Assembly: GCA_029258885.1 (NCBI GenBank)
Contig: JAPDJW010000002.1
Location: forward strand, 64,001 to 128,000
Length of the DNA stretch: 64,000 nucleotides
From: Thermoproteota archaeon
Lineage (GTDB): Archaea > Thermoproteota > Thermoprotei > Thermofilales > B9-G17
Direction of reading: 5' to 3'
In this document: positions 37,802-47,970 of the stretch, piece by piece
Numbering within the stretch: position 1 is the stretch's first letter
Layout of the letters: the number at the start of each line of letters is the position of its first letter
Program-made: the position numbers and the translations under genes
The notes under the pieces: model-generated
What the model saw: only the letters and a program-made list of their open reading frames with translations
The model's database searches: none
Told to the model about the DNA's origin: nothing

Positions 37802-38668
37802 TCACCTTGTTGATATAGCTACCCTAACTATGTTAACATAGACAATTATACCTTTAAAGTTATTGATTCCACTGAAACTTATGGTAATTTCATCATCACT
37901 TACTAATGTTCCATCGCTTTTCTCTCTCCATATACGTATTGTAATCGATGTGCTGTCATACTTTCGAGGATCCCACCGTATAATTTCATAGTTCCTAGCT
38001 TTAATGAAAAATACTCCGGATCCACCCAGCCTACCGGCAGGGAAGAAAATTTTAATGTAGGTTATTTCTACAATACCGTAGTTGCCGACTTCTTGAATGC
38101 TATCAACATATTCAACAAAAGCGAATACCCCTATACGTGTTACACGTACTCTTGCAAAGTCTATACATATCCATGCACCATTTTCCTGCATAGTGTAAAC
38201 CCAGCCTAAAGGTATAGATTCTTCTCCCGGCTTAACTAGAACTTTTTCCTCGGCTTGTACGGGTAAACCGCTAGTTATTCCTCTAAGTATGCTGTAGCTA
38301 CCAGTTGATACTAAGCTTCCTCCCTTATAGGCAACTATACAAACATTTTCATCAAGTACCTCTCCCTCGCTCCCGCTGTCGGGAAGTCTAATTTTTACTT
38401 TATCTCCTGTTTCAATGAAGTAAGGACCGCCTGCTCTTGAATTTATTCTTATATAGCCCGAGGAGTTAGGTTTCATTGCAACGTGCTCTATCAATTCAGC
38501 TAAAGCTATGTAATTCACTTTAGCTTCTTCAAATTCCATTGCTTGATTCTGCCATTCAACAACATTTGATGCAAACAGACCTATACTAATAACGAGGGAC
38601 AATACTACAGCTGTTAAAATTACCGTACTTAATGTTACACTTATACCTTTTTCATGCACATTTTTCAC
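37802..38668 (-). CDS. Minor pilin-like protein (class III signal peptide)
   Basis: EKG-ISVTLSTVILTAVVLSLV; 1-nt gap after the TadC gene. Confidence 0.8.
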   Translation of the reverse strand: MKNVHEKGISVTLSTVILTAVVLSLVISIGLFASNVVEWQNQAMEFEEAKVNYIALAELIEHVAMKPNSSGYIRINSRAGGPYFIETGDKVKIRLPDSGSEGEVLDENVCIVAYKGGSLVSTGSYSILRGITSGLPVQAEEKVLVKPGEESIPLGWVYTMQENGAWICIDFARVRVTRIGVFAFVEYVDSIQEVGNYGIVEITYIKIFFPAGRLGGSGVFFIKARNYEIIRWDPRKYDSTSITIRIWREKSDGTLVSDDEITISFSGINNFKGIIVYVNIVRVAISTR

Positions 38669-38669
38669 C

Positions 38670-40493
38670 CTAAAATATTAACTTAATAGCAATCATCGGT
38701 GTAGCCCACATAGCTATTAAATCAACTAATACCAATAAGAATGCATGTTTAAATCCTGCCGATACTTTTTCGGATGATATCTTACCAGCAGTTAAACCGG
38801 TGAGGTAGGAATTTAATATTATTGGAGGGAGGAACCTCGAAGTTAATAGCTCAACAGGAATCGATATTCTAGCTATAGACATTATACTATTTAAGAAGCT
38901 TATGAGCACCAGTATTATGCTAACCATAATTATACTTCCTAAGTATGGTATAAAAATCAACGGCCTCAGCATTCTGGTCTTCTCTTTCTCTACAAGCTCT
39001 ATCATTTCTGCAAAACTAGCTAGATTCTCCAAAGTTTCTGGAGTCCCACCTCCAACCTCAATGGACTCAACTAGTAAAAACATAGTTATTCTCGCAAGCC
39101 AGCTTCGGACTCTTTTTTCGAAGTCTTTATAGACCCTAGACATGGGCATGCCCCACCCTATCTGCTTAGCGATATCTCTTAGATATTTACTGAATCTACC
39201 ATAGTCTCTATCGGATAAATTAAATATACATTTTTCAGGTGCAAGCCCTGTTTTCCTAACTTCAACTAGATCCCTTAGAAATCTAGTGATGCCCGTATGT
39301 ATCCCCTTATATATTGTGGAAATGTATATCTCCACAAGAACAGATGGTATTAAACTAACTAGGAATGCGAAGCATAATCCAACTCCGCTTTCATAACCCC
39401 TTGGAAGCCCCATTTGACTACATATGTTCTCTATAAGAGTTACAAATGGTCTAAACATCCGCTTAAAGGTAAACGAGAGGGGAGGTGGAAGCATAAAAGG
39501 CAGAGTACAAGTAGTAAAGAGAAATATTGTTAAAGGTAAAGTTACTCCAAAATACACATAATAAGCCCTGTTATCAGCTGAAGGATACTTTGGCTGCATA
39601 AGATCGGCTAGATATATAAACATTCCAGAAAGAACAGGCATTATTAGGTATCCGAAAAGAAAGAAGGTAACATCGCCAAACATAGGTACAGATGCCATAG
39701 CTAAAGCTTTATTTATCAGGAATATAGAGTAGATTGTTAATGCTAATACAACAGTAATAGCCATGTATCCTTCAAGTAAAATTCCTATTCTCTCAGCTGT
39801 TGCCCTAACCTGTGATATTCTATCTTTAAATATCATTTCAGTCTGGCGCTGAAGGTAGTGGACAACGTCGCCTCCAGCTTTTAGGGTGGCGGCATAGCCT
39901 AATAAGAGCTGTTTATAAGGTTCACTAGGTACGTTTTTAGCTGAGGTCTCAATTGCAGTTAATGGATCCATACCCATGCCACGCACCATTATATAGAACT
40001 TTTTAGCCTCTTTTCTAAGCTCTGAAAATAACTTCTTCGAGGCCTGTGCTAGTCTCTCAAAGCTTACATAGGGAGATATTCCCCCTGTAGACATAACGCT
40101 AATATAGGCTGCTAAATATGGCACCTCTATATCTAATCTTGCTATTCTATTGACTTTAAGAACTGATGGTATTTTCATGCCTATAACCAGCACTAGTAAA
40201 GGAAAAAGTACTAGCGATAAGATAGGTAGGAAAGGCATAGATGCGATTACATGGTATATCGGCTCAGGTAAAAGTTCAAGTAAATTTAAGAGGAACAAGG
40301 ATACTCCTAAGAGAGCATCTACTATTATAGATACTATAAATGCTAAAGCAACTAGGGAAGCATAAGCTTCAGGATAAATCTTCATGTCAGCTGATTTAAT
40401 ATCGTTTTCCGTACCCTTAAATATTTTAAGTAAAGCTTTTCCAAACCATCCAAACATTGCGTAGGCATACCCGGTTAAACTCATATCTACCAC
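38670..40493 (-). CDS. Type IV pilus platform protein (TadC/T2SS F family, two T2SSF domains)
   Basis: EVPYLAAYISVMSTGGISP, G.DPLTAIE..P; second domain RFLRDLVEVRKTGLAPE..VGGGTPETLE. Confidence 0.92.
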   Translation of the reverse strand: MVDMSLTGYAYAMFGWFGKALLKIFKGTENDIKSADMKIYPEAYASLVALAFIVSIIVDALLGVSLFLLNLLELLPEPIYHVIASMPFLPILSLVLFPLLVLVIGMKIPSVLKVNRIARLDIEVPYLAAYISVMSTGGISPYVSFERLAQASKKLFSELRKEAKKFYIMVRGMGMDPLTAIETSAKNVPSEPYKQLLLGYAATLKAGGDVVHYLQRQTEMIFKDRISQVRATAERIGILLEGYMAITVVLALTIYSIFLINKALAMASVPMFGDVTFFLFGYLIMPVLSGMFIYLADLMQPKYPSADNRAYYVYFGVTLPLTIFLFTTCTLPFMLPPPLSFTFKRMFRPFVTLIENICSQMGLPRGYESGVGLCFAFLVSLIPSVLVEIYISTIYKGIHTGITRFLRDLVEVRKTGLAPEKCIFNLSDRDYGRFSKYLRDIAKQIGWGMPMSRVYKDFEKRVRSWLARITMFLLVESIEVGGGTPETLENLASFAEMIELVEKEKTRMLRPLIFIPYLGSIIMVSIILVLISFLNSIMSIARISIPVELLTSRFLPPIILNSYLTGLTAGKISSEKVSAGFKHAFLLVLVDLIAMWATPMIAIKLIF

Positions 40494-40665
40494 TGGACTA
40501 TAATATTTCTATAGGTTAATATTTATATCTCATGATTAAAAGGTTGTAATACATCTTATCCTTAAGCTATAGGTACAAGAGTATTTCACGTTGCTTTTTT
40601 AGGGAAACATATATCTTTATATTGATCCATAATATTCCCGGTATCGGCTATAATGGAGGAATTTC

Positions 40666-43600
40666 ATGATTGGGAAAAAGAAGAGTGAGAAAGAAGTTGA
40701 GGAGAAAGAACCTATTATATATATCGAGCCTAAGCCTGATTATGAGCTTGTGGAGGAATATTGGGTAATAGAGCCCTACGCTAAAGTTAAGATTATGTCT
40801 ATGCCAGAGCTTGGCGGTCAATTAGCCTATTTTGTAGATGAGGTAAAGTTAAACGATAAAGAGCAGAAAGCTAAGGAGAAACTGGTAGATATTCTGAGTA
40901 TTGAAATGAAGCCCCCTGAAACATTCGAGGTTGATGTAAGGAAGTATATTATTGAGGAGGCTAGACGCCTAGCCAGGAAGTATCGAAAAATAGTAAGGGG
41001 GTTAGGCGAAGAGTCCTGGAATAAGGTAATATATTATGTTGAGAGGGATCTTCTAGGCTATGGGCCAATAAATGTGTTAATGGAAGATTGGAACTTGGAG
41101 GACATAAGTTGTGATGGAGTAAATAGGGCGATACATGTATGGCATAGAAAGTATGAGAGCATACCCACAAATATAGTCTTTACGGATAGGAATTACCTGA
41201 GGGAGTTCATAATTAAATTAGCGCATCTAGGAGGGAAGCACGTATCGGCGGCGTTCCCAATAGTTGATACTATGTTGCCTGGAAGACATAGGCTGGCTGC
41301 AACATTTGGAGAGGAGGTCTCACCTAGAGGAAGTACCTTCACTATAAGAAAGTTCAGAGAGAAGCCGTTCTCGATAATAGAGTTGATAGATTCAGGAAAT
41401 ATAGATACTTGGACTGCGGCCTATCTATGGTTAATGCTTGAACATAGGATGACATTAATGATAATCGGAGGAACGGCTGCGGGTAAAACGACGTTCTTAA
41501 ACGCTGTGGCATTGTTTATTAAACCTGGAATGAAGATAGTAACAATTGAAGAGACTGCTGAACTAAATCTACCTCACGAGAACTGGGTACAGTTAATAAG
41601 CAGAGAAAGTTACGGCTTAGGTGAAAGCAAGCTAGGAGAAATATCTCTCTATGATTTAGTTAAGGTATCACTTAGATATAGGCCGGATTACATAATAGTT
41701 GGAGAAATTAGAGGGGCTGAGGCTTTCGTTCTGTTCCAAGCGATGGCGAGCGTCTCTAGCGACACTCCGATTCTCATCAGGAAGGGAGGGGAGGTTAAGC
41801 TAGTCAAGATAGGCGATTTCATAGATAGCTTCTATCCTGAGGGAGTTGAGAGGATACCTATACCCGTAAGCGGCGTTGAAGTTCTAACGATAGATGGAGG
41901 GAAAGCATGCTTTAAACCCATCAGATACGTGCTAAGGCATAGAGCGGATGAAATATATAGAATAAAATACGTTGGAGGAGAGGTTCGGGCAACGGAATCC
42001 CACTCCGTATTCGTGATGGATCCAGATACTCTTAAAATCAGAACAAAAGCCGTTAAGGATCTAAAGAAGGGAGACCTACTGATATCGTTTGTAAAGAAGA
42101 ATTGGGCAGAGAGCTATCCTACCGTAAATATGGTAGACCTACTGCCGCAATACGATAGGATACTGGTCGATAATATTCCAAAAGAAGTTAAAACTGTAAT
42201 CGGGATTAAGAGGAATCCTATACCGCTAACATATTTAAAGAACAAGATCAGCCTAAAGGCACTTAAAGATGCCTACCTGAAGTTGCCAAAAGGAAAAACC
42301 ATACCAATGTATTTAAGGTTTGATGAGGATCTAGCTTACCTCCTCGGAGTATACCTAGCCGATGGATGCGTGAAGCTAAATAATAGAGGCGGAAAGGTAG
42401 TATTCTCACTCGGAAAGGGAGAGAAAGAAGTATTCGATAGAATAGTCAGGATATTCGGGGAGAAGTTCAACGATACTCCATACATTGAGGATAGAGGATC
42501 ATACGTTATAGTGGAGTACAATAACAAGTTACTGGCGTATCTTTTCAAGAGCCTATGTGGTGGGAGAAATGCGGAGAAACACGTGCCGTCGAAGCTGTGG
42601 ACATCTCCTCAGAGTGTAATTAAAACCTTTTTCGATGGATTAAGGGCAGATGCAAGGAGAAGTACAAAACGCCCTTACCAGCTAACAATAGTGCAGAAGA
42701 ATAAGCATCTCATTCAGGAGTTAGCATGGCTAGCCAGACTAGCTGGCTTCAACGTAAGGGTAAGGAGGGAGGGCGAATACTACAGCATAACGATAGATTA
42801 TAAGAAATCTCGAAAACCATTCCTAGGCAACGGAGTTCCAATAGATGCATTAAGAAGATTATATGCTAATCTGAAGCCGAAAAACATGCCGTTAAAATAT
42901 ACATATATACTGCTCAACAATAAGAGGAGGCAGAAGTTCGTACGGAAAGATATAGCACTAAAAGTGTTAAAGTGGATTCTGAATAATAGGACAAGAGAGC
43001 CTACGGAGGAGGATAGAAGGATTATAGACAGAATACATAACTTAATCGATGAGGAGATTGTTCTTCTCTCAATAGTTGACATCGTAAGGGAGCAATATAG
43101 AGGGTACGTATACGATGTTTCAGTGCCCGAAAGCGAGGCTTTCCTAGGAGGAGAGAACCCAATACTTCTACACAATACCGGACATGGAGGTCTAACTACA
43201 TTTCACGCAGATAGCTTAGAGAATGCTATTAGGAGGCTTATGAGCCCGCCAATGAACATATCTGAGCCATATATTCCAATGCTAAACATGGTTGTATATG
43301 TTGCAAGAACAGTATTACCGAAGGGAGGCTTTGGAAGAAGGCTTATGGCTCTATGGGAGATTGAGGATTATGAAAAGTATAGGCAGCTCATTAAATGGGA
43401 TCCGAGAAGCGATAAGCATGTGATAGTTGGAGATAGTTATCTAATAAACTTATTGGCTGATAGAACTGGCAGGACAAGAGAGCAAATATTAGAGGAAATT
43501 GCTAGAAGGCAGACTGTGCTGCTTTGGCTATGGCAGAGGAGGATCATTGAGATGAAGGATGTAGCTACTTATATAGCTAGCTACTATAACTTCCCTGATC

Positions 43601-44088
43601 AAATGTATGAGCGTGCGCTTAAGGAGTTAAAGGAGATGGGTGTAGACGTTGATAAATATATCATAAGGAAGCTAGTGCCTATAACTAGATTTGAGCCAGT
43701 ATCCACTAAGATGACCATATATGATAAGGTCATGCAAATATATTCAAGGTATGGTGAGAAGGAGGAAAAGTCACCGTTGCAATTCATCTCGGTGAGGCAG
43801 GAACCGGTTAGACTTAGTGAACCATTAGAGGTTACTAAGATACCTAAACCCCAGGAAGAGTTAACAGAGAATGAAAGAAAAATATTACATCTCATATCCT
43901 ATTACGGAGGCGAGATAGATCATAGAACAGTAATGCAGGAGAGTGGATTGCCTAGGGATATGTTCTGGAGAACCATAACATCACTAACAGGAAAGGGATT
44001 AATAATATCATCTCTCGTGTACGTGAACGGAAGACCTATGATAGGATTTAAATTGACTAAGAAGGCAGGAGAATTTCTGAAGAGTTAA
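40666..44088 (+). CDS. Type IV pilus assembly ATPase (TadA/VirB11-like) with intein and C-terminal winged helix
   Basis: GYGPINVL, EDISCDG, TIRKF, Walker A GGTAAGKTT, TIEET.EL, Walker B RPDYIIVGEIRG, TGH..TTFHA after intein removal. Confidence 0.95.
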   Translation: MIGKKKSEKEVEEKEPIIYIEPKPDYELVEEYWVIEPYAKVKIMSMPELGGQLAYFVDEVKLNDKEQKAKEKLVDILSIEMKPPETFEVDVRKYIIEEARRLARKYRKIVRGLGEESWNKVIYYVERDLLGYGPINVLMEDWNLEDISCDGVNRAIHVWHRKYESIPTNIVFTDRNYLREFIIKLAHLGGKHVSAAFPIVDTMLPGRHRLAATFGEEVSPRGSTFTIRKFREKPFSIIELIDSGNIDTWTAAYLWLMLEHRMTLMIIGGTAAGKTTFLNAVALFIKPGMKIVTIEETAELNLPHENWVQLISRESYGLGESKLGEISLYDLVKVSLRYRPDYIIVGEIRGAEAFVLFQAMASVSSDTPILIRKGGEVKLVKIGDFIDSFYPEGVERIPIPVSGVEVLTIDGGKACFKPIRYVLRHRADEIYRIKYVGGEVRATESHSVFVMDPDTLKIRTKAVKDLKKGDLLISFVKKNWAESYPTVNMVDLLPQYDRILVDNIPKEVKTVIGIKRNPIPLTYLKNKISLKALKDAYLKLPKGKTIPMYLRFDEDLAYLLGVYLADGCVKLNNRGGKVVFSLGKGEKEVFDRIVRIFGEKFNDTPYIEDRGSYVIVEYNNKLLAYLFKSLCGGRNAEKHVPSKLWTSPQSVIKTFFDGLRADARRSTKRPYQLTIVQKNKHLIQELAWLARLAGFNVRVRREGEYYSITIDYKKSRKPFLGNGVPIDALRRLYANLKPKNMPLKYTYILLNNKRRQKFVRKDIALKVLKWILNNRTREPTEEDRRIIDRIHNLIDEEIVLLSIVDIVREQYRGYVYDVSVPESEAFLGGENPILLHNTGHGGLTTFHADSLENAIRRLMSPPMNISEPYIPMLNMVVYVARTVLPKGGFGRRLMALWEIEDYEKYRQLIKWDPRSDKHVIVGDSYLINLLADRTGRTREQILEEIARRQTVLLWLWQRRIIEMKDVATYIASYYNFPDQMYERALKELKEMGVDVDKYIIRKLVPITRFEPVSTKMTIYDKVMQIYSRYGEKEEKSPLQFISVRQEPVRLSEPLEVTKIPKPQEELTENERKILHLISYYGGEIDHRTVMQESGLPRDMFWRTITSLTGKGLIISSLVYVNGRPMIGFKLTKKAGEFLKS
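41749..43176 (+). mobile_element. Intein (476 aa, residues 362-837) with LAGLIDADG homing endonuclease
   Basis: Inserted in FQAMA|TGH; starts SVSSDTP, block B TESH, block F VYDVSV, ends LLHN followed by Thr; motifs LAYLLGVYLADG and FFDGLRADA. Confidence 0.92.
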
Positions 44089-44347
44089 TACCTAACAAAA
44101 TCATAATTCATAGAAAATAAAGCAAAATAACAGTTTTAATACCTGTAAAGAGAAAATTCATGTATTATATAGCCATTTAAAAATATTTTCTTTAAGTCTG
44201 AGGGTGCTTTACTTTAAATAATCATTAACTTGATAATATATGTAACTTTAAAATTTGTCGAATAAAAGAAAAAACTATTTTCTTATAAGTCAGTAGAAAT
44301 AGTATTGTTATATAGATCATAAAAGGATTATGTAAAGGTATATAAGC

Positions 44348-44851
44348 TTGTTAGAGAAATCAAAATTAATGAATTTTAAAGGTGCGCACATAACAGTATC
44401 GTCAATAATAATATTAGCAGTAGTCGTTGCAGCATCAATAGCTACAGCCGTTTGGTTAATAGGCCAGTCCTCAAAGTTAATGTTTGAATTAAACCCGGAA
44501 ATAATACTTTTAAGCGATGTGCTCTACTATTATAATAAAACACAAATATTTAAAATAACTATAAAAAATAATGGATTATCAACCTCCATAATTGAGTACA
44601 TGCTTCTGGATGGAAAGTATGAGGCGCTGATAGTGTCAGCTATAAACGAGAAAGGAGAAAGCAGACTTATACAGTCGGAAAATAAAATATATATTATGGC
44701 TGGAGAGGAGGTAGAGGTGTGGTTTAAATTAAGCGTAGATAATGGACAATTAAAAAGAATTCTTTCACCCATGACGTTTCATGAAATCATGATAAAAACG
44801 GCACGAGGACACGAATACTATAAGGCTGTAACAATAAAAGTCAAGACATAG
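44348..44851 (+). CDS. Small pilin-like protein with divergent N-terminus; probable start ATG 44369
   Basis: FKGA-HITVSSIIILAVVVAASIATAVW; IKNNG, LLDGK, AGEEV, KTARG pilin-fold motifs. Confidence 0.75.
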   Translation: MLEKSKLMNFKGAHITVSSIIILAVVVAASIATAVWLIGQSSKLMFELNPEIILLSDVLYYYNKTQIFKITIKNNGLSTSIIEYMLLDGKYEALIVSAINEKGESRLIQSENKIYIMAGEEVEVWFKLSVDNGQLKRILSPMTFHEIMIKTARGHEYYKAVTIKVKT

Positions 44852-44932
44852 GGGTTAAATATCAAATTATATGATACTTTATAGAAATAATGTAACATTA
44901 AAAATATAAGGTATTGATGATAGAATTAGGTC

Positions 44933-46177
44933 ATGAAGTATTTAAATAGCTTATGTGAGAAGATATTTGAAAATAAAAAATCTGTAAGTCCTGTAATTGC
45001 AACCGTTATAATAGTTGCTGTTGCAATTGCTATCGGAATAGCTGTTGCTTTCTGGATCTCTGGATTATTAGGAGCTATCGGATATGGAACTAGGCCTATA
45101 AAACTAGCTATATATGGGGAGCTTCAAGGTGGTGGAAGCTTACTTTATGTCAGAGTAAAAAATCTTGGTGGAGATCAAGTTTTTATAGATTATGTAATGT
45201 TAGATGGGAAATATCATGGAACTATAACGGGAGCGTATAATGAAGAGAATGGTGAAGATAGAACGATTACCGAGAATAACGAGAAAATAGCCTACCTAAA
45301 ACCTGGTGAAACAATAGTTCTACTTTTCACGCTAGAGTTAAATAAGAGTGAAATGGCTAGAATATTTCAGCCAGGTGTTTCCCATCAGATAACATTACAT
45401 ACCACTTTAGGACTAGAGTTTTATAAAGAGCTTAATACCGTTTATAGGCTTCATGGATCATGGACTCTACGAAGCGGGGCTGAAGGAAGTATTGACGGAT
45501 GGGTTTTACAAGGTGGTCATGCACAATGGGGTGCAGAGAGGGGATCTCCATCATACCATATATATGTTTGTAGGCTTGATTCCTGGACTCTGGAAGACAT
45601 GGAGATTGGGCAGACTATTATAATAGAGCTAAGAGCTAGATGGATCCAAGGAAATGATGATATAATGATTATATTCTGTTATGATGGATCAGGAAACGGG
45701 TATGCTGCATGGACGGGAATAGGTGGATACTGGACTAGCACATGCTATACTAGTCTAAGCTGGTTTACAGATTATGGGTCATCAAAAGGATTCTATTCAG
45801 GCACCCGTTGCTATTACAGCGGAGGATCTCCTACATGTTCCTGTTGCTGTTACCCTAATGGAACATGGTATATATTTAAAGTAAAAATTAAGAGAGAGGA
45901 AGAAAACAAGTTTATAGCGTGGTATAGCATAGGTGATTGTCCCTGCGGACAATCGTGGAAGCCAGCAGGAGGATATATTATAGGAGATGGCGGCTCTACG
46001 TTGTATGGATTCTACGTGGGAATAGGTTATTGGGAGGATCCACATACAGGAGAGCAGGCAATATATCAGTTCGACTATTTCAAGATTTTTCTAGAAGGAG
46101 CCCCCTCTGATCCATTATATGAAACAAACTTTGATAATCCCGATAAATTCCATATGGAATGGACGGAAGAGGGATAG
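44933..46177 (+). CDS. Type IV pilin-like adhesin (GYGTRP-type) with ConA/LamG-like C-terminal domain
   Basis: KKS-VSPVIATVIIVAVAIAIG..GYGTRPIKL; C-terminal WYIFKVKI..GFYVG..FDYFKI. Confidence 0.85.
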   Translation: MKYLNSLCEKIFENKKSVSPVIATVIIVAVAIAIGIAVAFWISGLLGAIGYGTRPIKLAIYGELQGGGSLLYVRVKNLGGDQVFIDYVMLDGKYHGTITGAYNEENGEDRTITENNEKIAYLKPGETIVLLFTLELNKSEMARIFQPGVSHQITLHTTLGLEFYKELNTVYRLHGSWTLRSGAEGSIDGWVLQGGHAQWGAERGSPSYHIYVCRLDSWTLEDMEIGQTIIIELRARWIQGNDDIMIIFCYDGSGNGYAAWTGIGGYWTSTCYTSLSWFTDYGSSKGFYSGTRCYYSGGSPTCSCCCYPNGTWYIFKVKIKREEENKFIAWYSIGDCPCGQSWKPAGGYIIGDGGSTLYGFYVGIGYWEDPHTGEQAIYQFDYFKIFLEGAPSDPLYETNFDNPDKFHMEWTEEG

Positions 46178-46308
46178 GATAAGCTAATTCGGAGTACGTT
46201 ACATTATTAATAATAATAGCAAATCTAAATATTCTAAAATAACCTATTTCTATTAATTAATTAAACTAAAAAATAGATATATATCAAGCTTAAACTATTA
46301 CTAATACC

Positions 46309-47730
46309 TTGATGACCGGATACGATGAAACTTCTCCTAAAGGGATGGGTATAAGTCCTGTAGTTGCAACCATTATAATGATTACAATTGTTATAGCTTT
46401 AGCAATTGCAGCTATGTACTGGTTAACAGGTTTAGTAGGCCTATTTACTGGATACGAAGATGTTAGAATTACGGCGATCTATGAAACCCAAGACCACATA
46501 GAGCTAGTAATCAAGAATTTTGGAACAAGTCCATCAATGATAGATGTTCTATACGCAGATCCGAAGAACATATGGGGGGTCTGGAACTGTAGCGGAAGAT
46601 GGTATCCCCTTAATACAGAGGCTGAAGAACCGTATCTTCTAAATCCCGGCGAAAAAGCTGTAATAATTGTAATGGATCTAAGAGTAAATGCTGGACAAAT
46701 GATCGAATTTAAGATACACACCTCTGGAGGTTACGTATCATCCAAGAGTATCGCTGTAAGCAAATCCTATAGGCCGTCATGGCTTGTTGGATGGAGATAT
46801 AGAAGGGTTATAACGGTAGAAGAGAGAAGCGGTACTTCTCTTTCAAACTTTCAAGTCGAGGTCATATTAAATAGAGATAATTTCGATTATTCTAAAGCTA
46901 AAGATGATGGAAGTGACATAAGATTTACACTAGAGGATGGAATAACCTTATTACCATATTGGATCGAGTACTGGAATAATCCGGAAGGATATTCCATTAT
47001 ATGGGTAAAGGTCCCGGAGATACCTGCTTCAAGTGAAACTAAAATATATATGTACTATGGCAATCAGCATGCGAGTTATGCTGGAGATGGCGATGCAGTC
47101 TTCGAGTTCTTTGATGATTTCAGGAATTTAGATAAATGGATTGTGCCTAGTGGGTATGAGGAATACTATAGCATAACCTACGTCGATGATAAATGGTGCT
47201 TAAACGTAACTTACAAATCCGGTAGCGGAGGCCCTAGAAGATTCCTCATGTCAAAATTCAGTGTATCAGGATTGAATGGACTTGAGGGAATTAGAGTACG
47301 ATATAATGTTAGAGGATATGGGGAAGATGTAGCTGAAGATATGGATGATTTGGTAGCCATAGGAAATGACGATTCTTACGTATCATTTAAGTACAACGTT
47401 TACTTCGGGCAGAGGTTAGGGGACTATGGCCAGCAACACAGCGTTTACGTGGATGGAGAATACTATGAAGGCAACGTTGAGATAATTTCTGAGTGGCGTA
47501 TAGCACAATTCTGGACATCAAATGGAAGGGTGTATGGAAAATATAGGGGAGAGCTCATTTACAAAACACTAGATGCGGCGTTACCTGATTCGGGATACCT
47601 TAAGATATATGCAGATCCTGACCCACCTCCGGGCGGACATAGAGGAATGTTAATAGACTACATATTCGTGACAAAGTATACGTATCCACAGCCATATACT
47701 ACTGTAGGCCCGGAGGAAAGCAGAGGATAG
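46309..47730 (+). CDS. Type IV pilin fused to a DUF2341 domain and a further beta-domain
   Basis: MG-ISPVVATII; GWRYRRVITV..FDYSKAKDDGSDIRFT..LPYWIE..IWVKVP..IYMYYGN (DUF2341). Confidence 0.85.
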   Translation: MMTGYDETSPKGMGISPVVATIIMITIVIALAIAAMYWLTGLVGLFTGYEDVRITAIYETQDHIELVIKNFGTSPSMIDVLYADPKNIWGVWNCSGRWYPLNTEAEEPYLLNPGEKAVIIVMDLRVNAGQMIEFKIHTSGGYVSSKSIAVSKSYRPSWLVGWRYRRVITVEERSGTSLSNFQVEVILNRDNFDYSKAKDDGSDIRFTLEDGITLLPYWIEYWNNPEGYSIIWVKVPEIPASSETKIYMYYGNQHASYAGDGDAVFEFFDDFRNLDKWIVPSGYEEYYSITYVDDKWCLNVTYKSGSGGPRRFLMSKFSVSGLNGLEGIRVRYNVRGYGEDVAEDMDDLVAIGNDDSYVSFKYNVYFGQRLGDYGQQHSVYVDGEYYEGNVEIISEWRIAQFWTSNGRVYGKYRGELIYKTLDAALPDSGYLKIYADPDPPPGGHRGMLIDYIFVTKYTYPQPYTTVGPEESRG

Positions 47731-47970
47731 TGAATGAGGAGGTTATATCTTGAGGCCTTAATATGGCCGATGACCATGGTTGTACAGATGTCGATGCCAA
47801 TCATGTTCTGGGAGCATCCTGTACTAGGATTCGACTGGATTCATTGATTCATAGAATATAGCATTTTATTTTTCAAATATTCCTCAAACTGAAAGTAAAC
47901 AAAGGACTGTTAAAAATGATAAGTCTATAATACAAGTTTTCCTTTTACCAGGCATGTATATCATTAGTTT

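Noticed and set aside
47731-47970. Short ORFs after the DUF2341 pilin (e.g. MADDHGC..., 32 aa)
   Set aside because: No motif or homology cue; cannot be distinguished from noise
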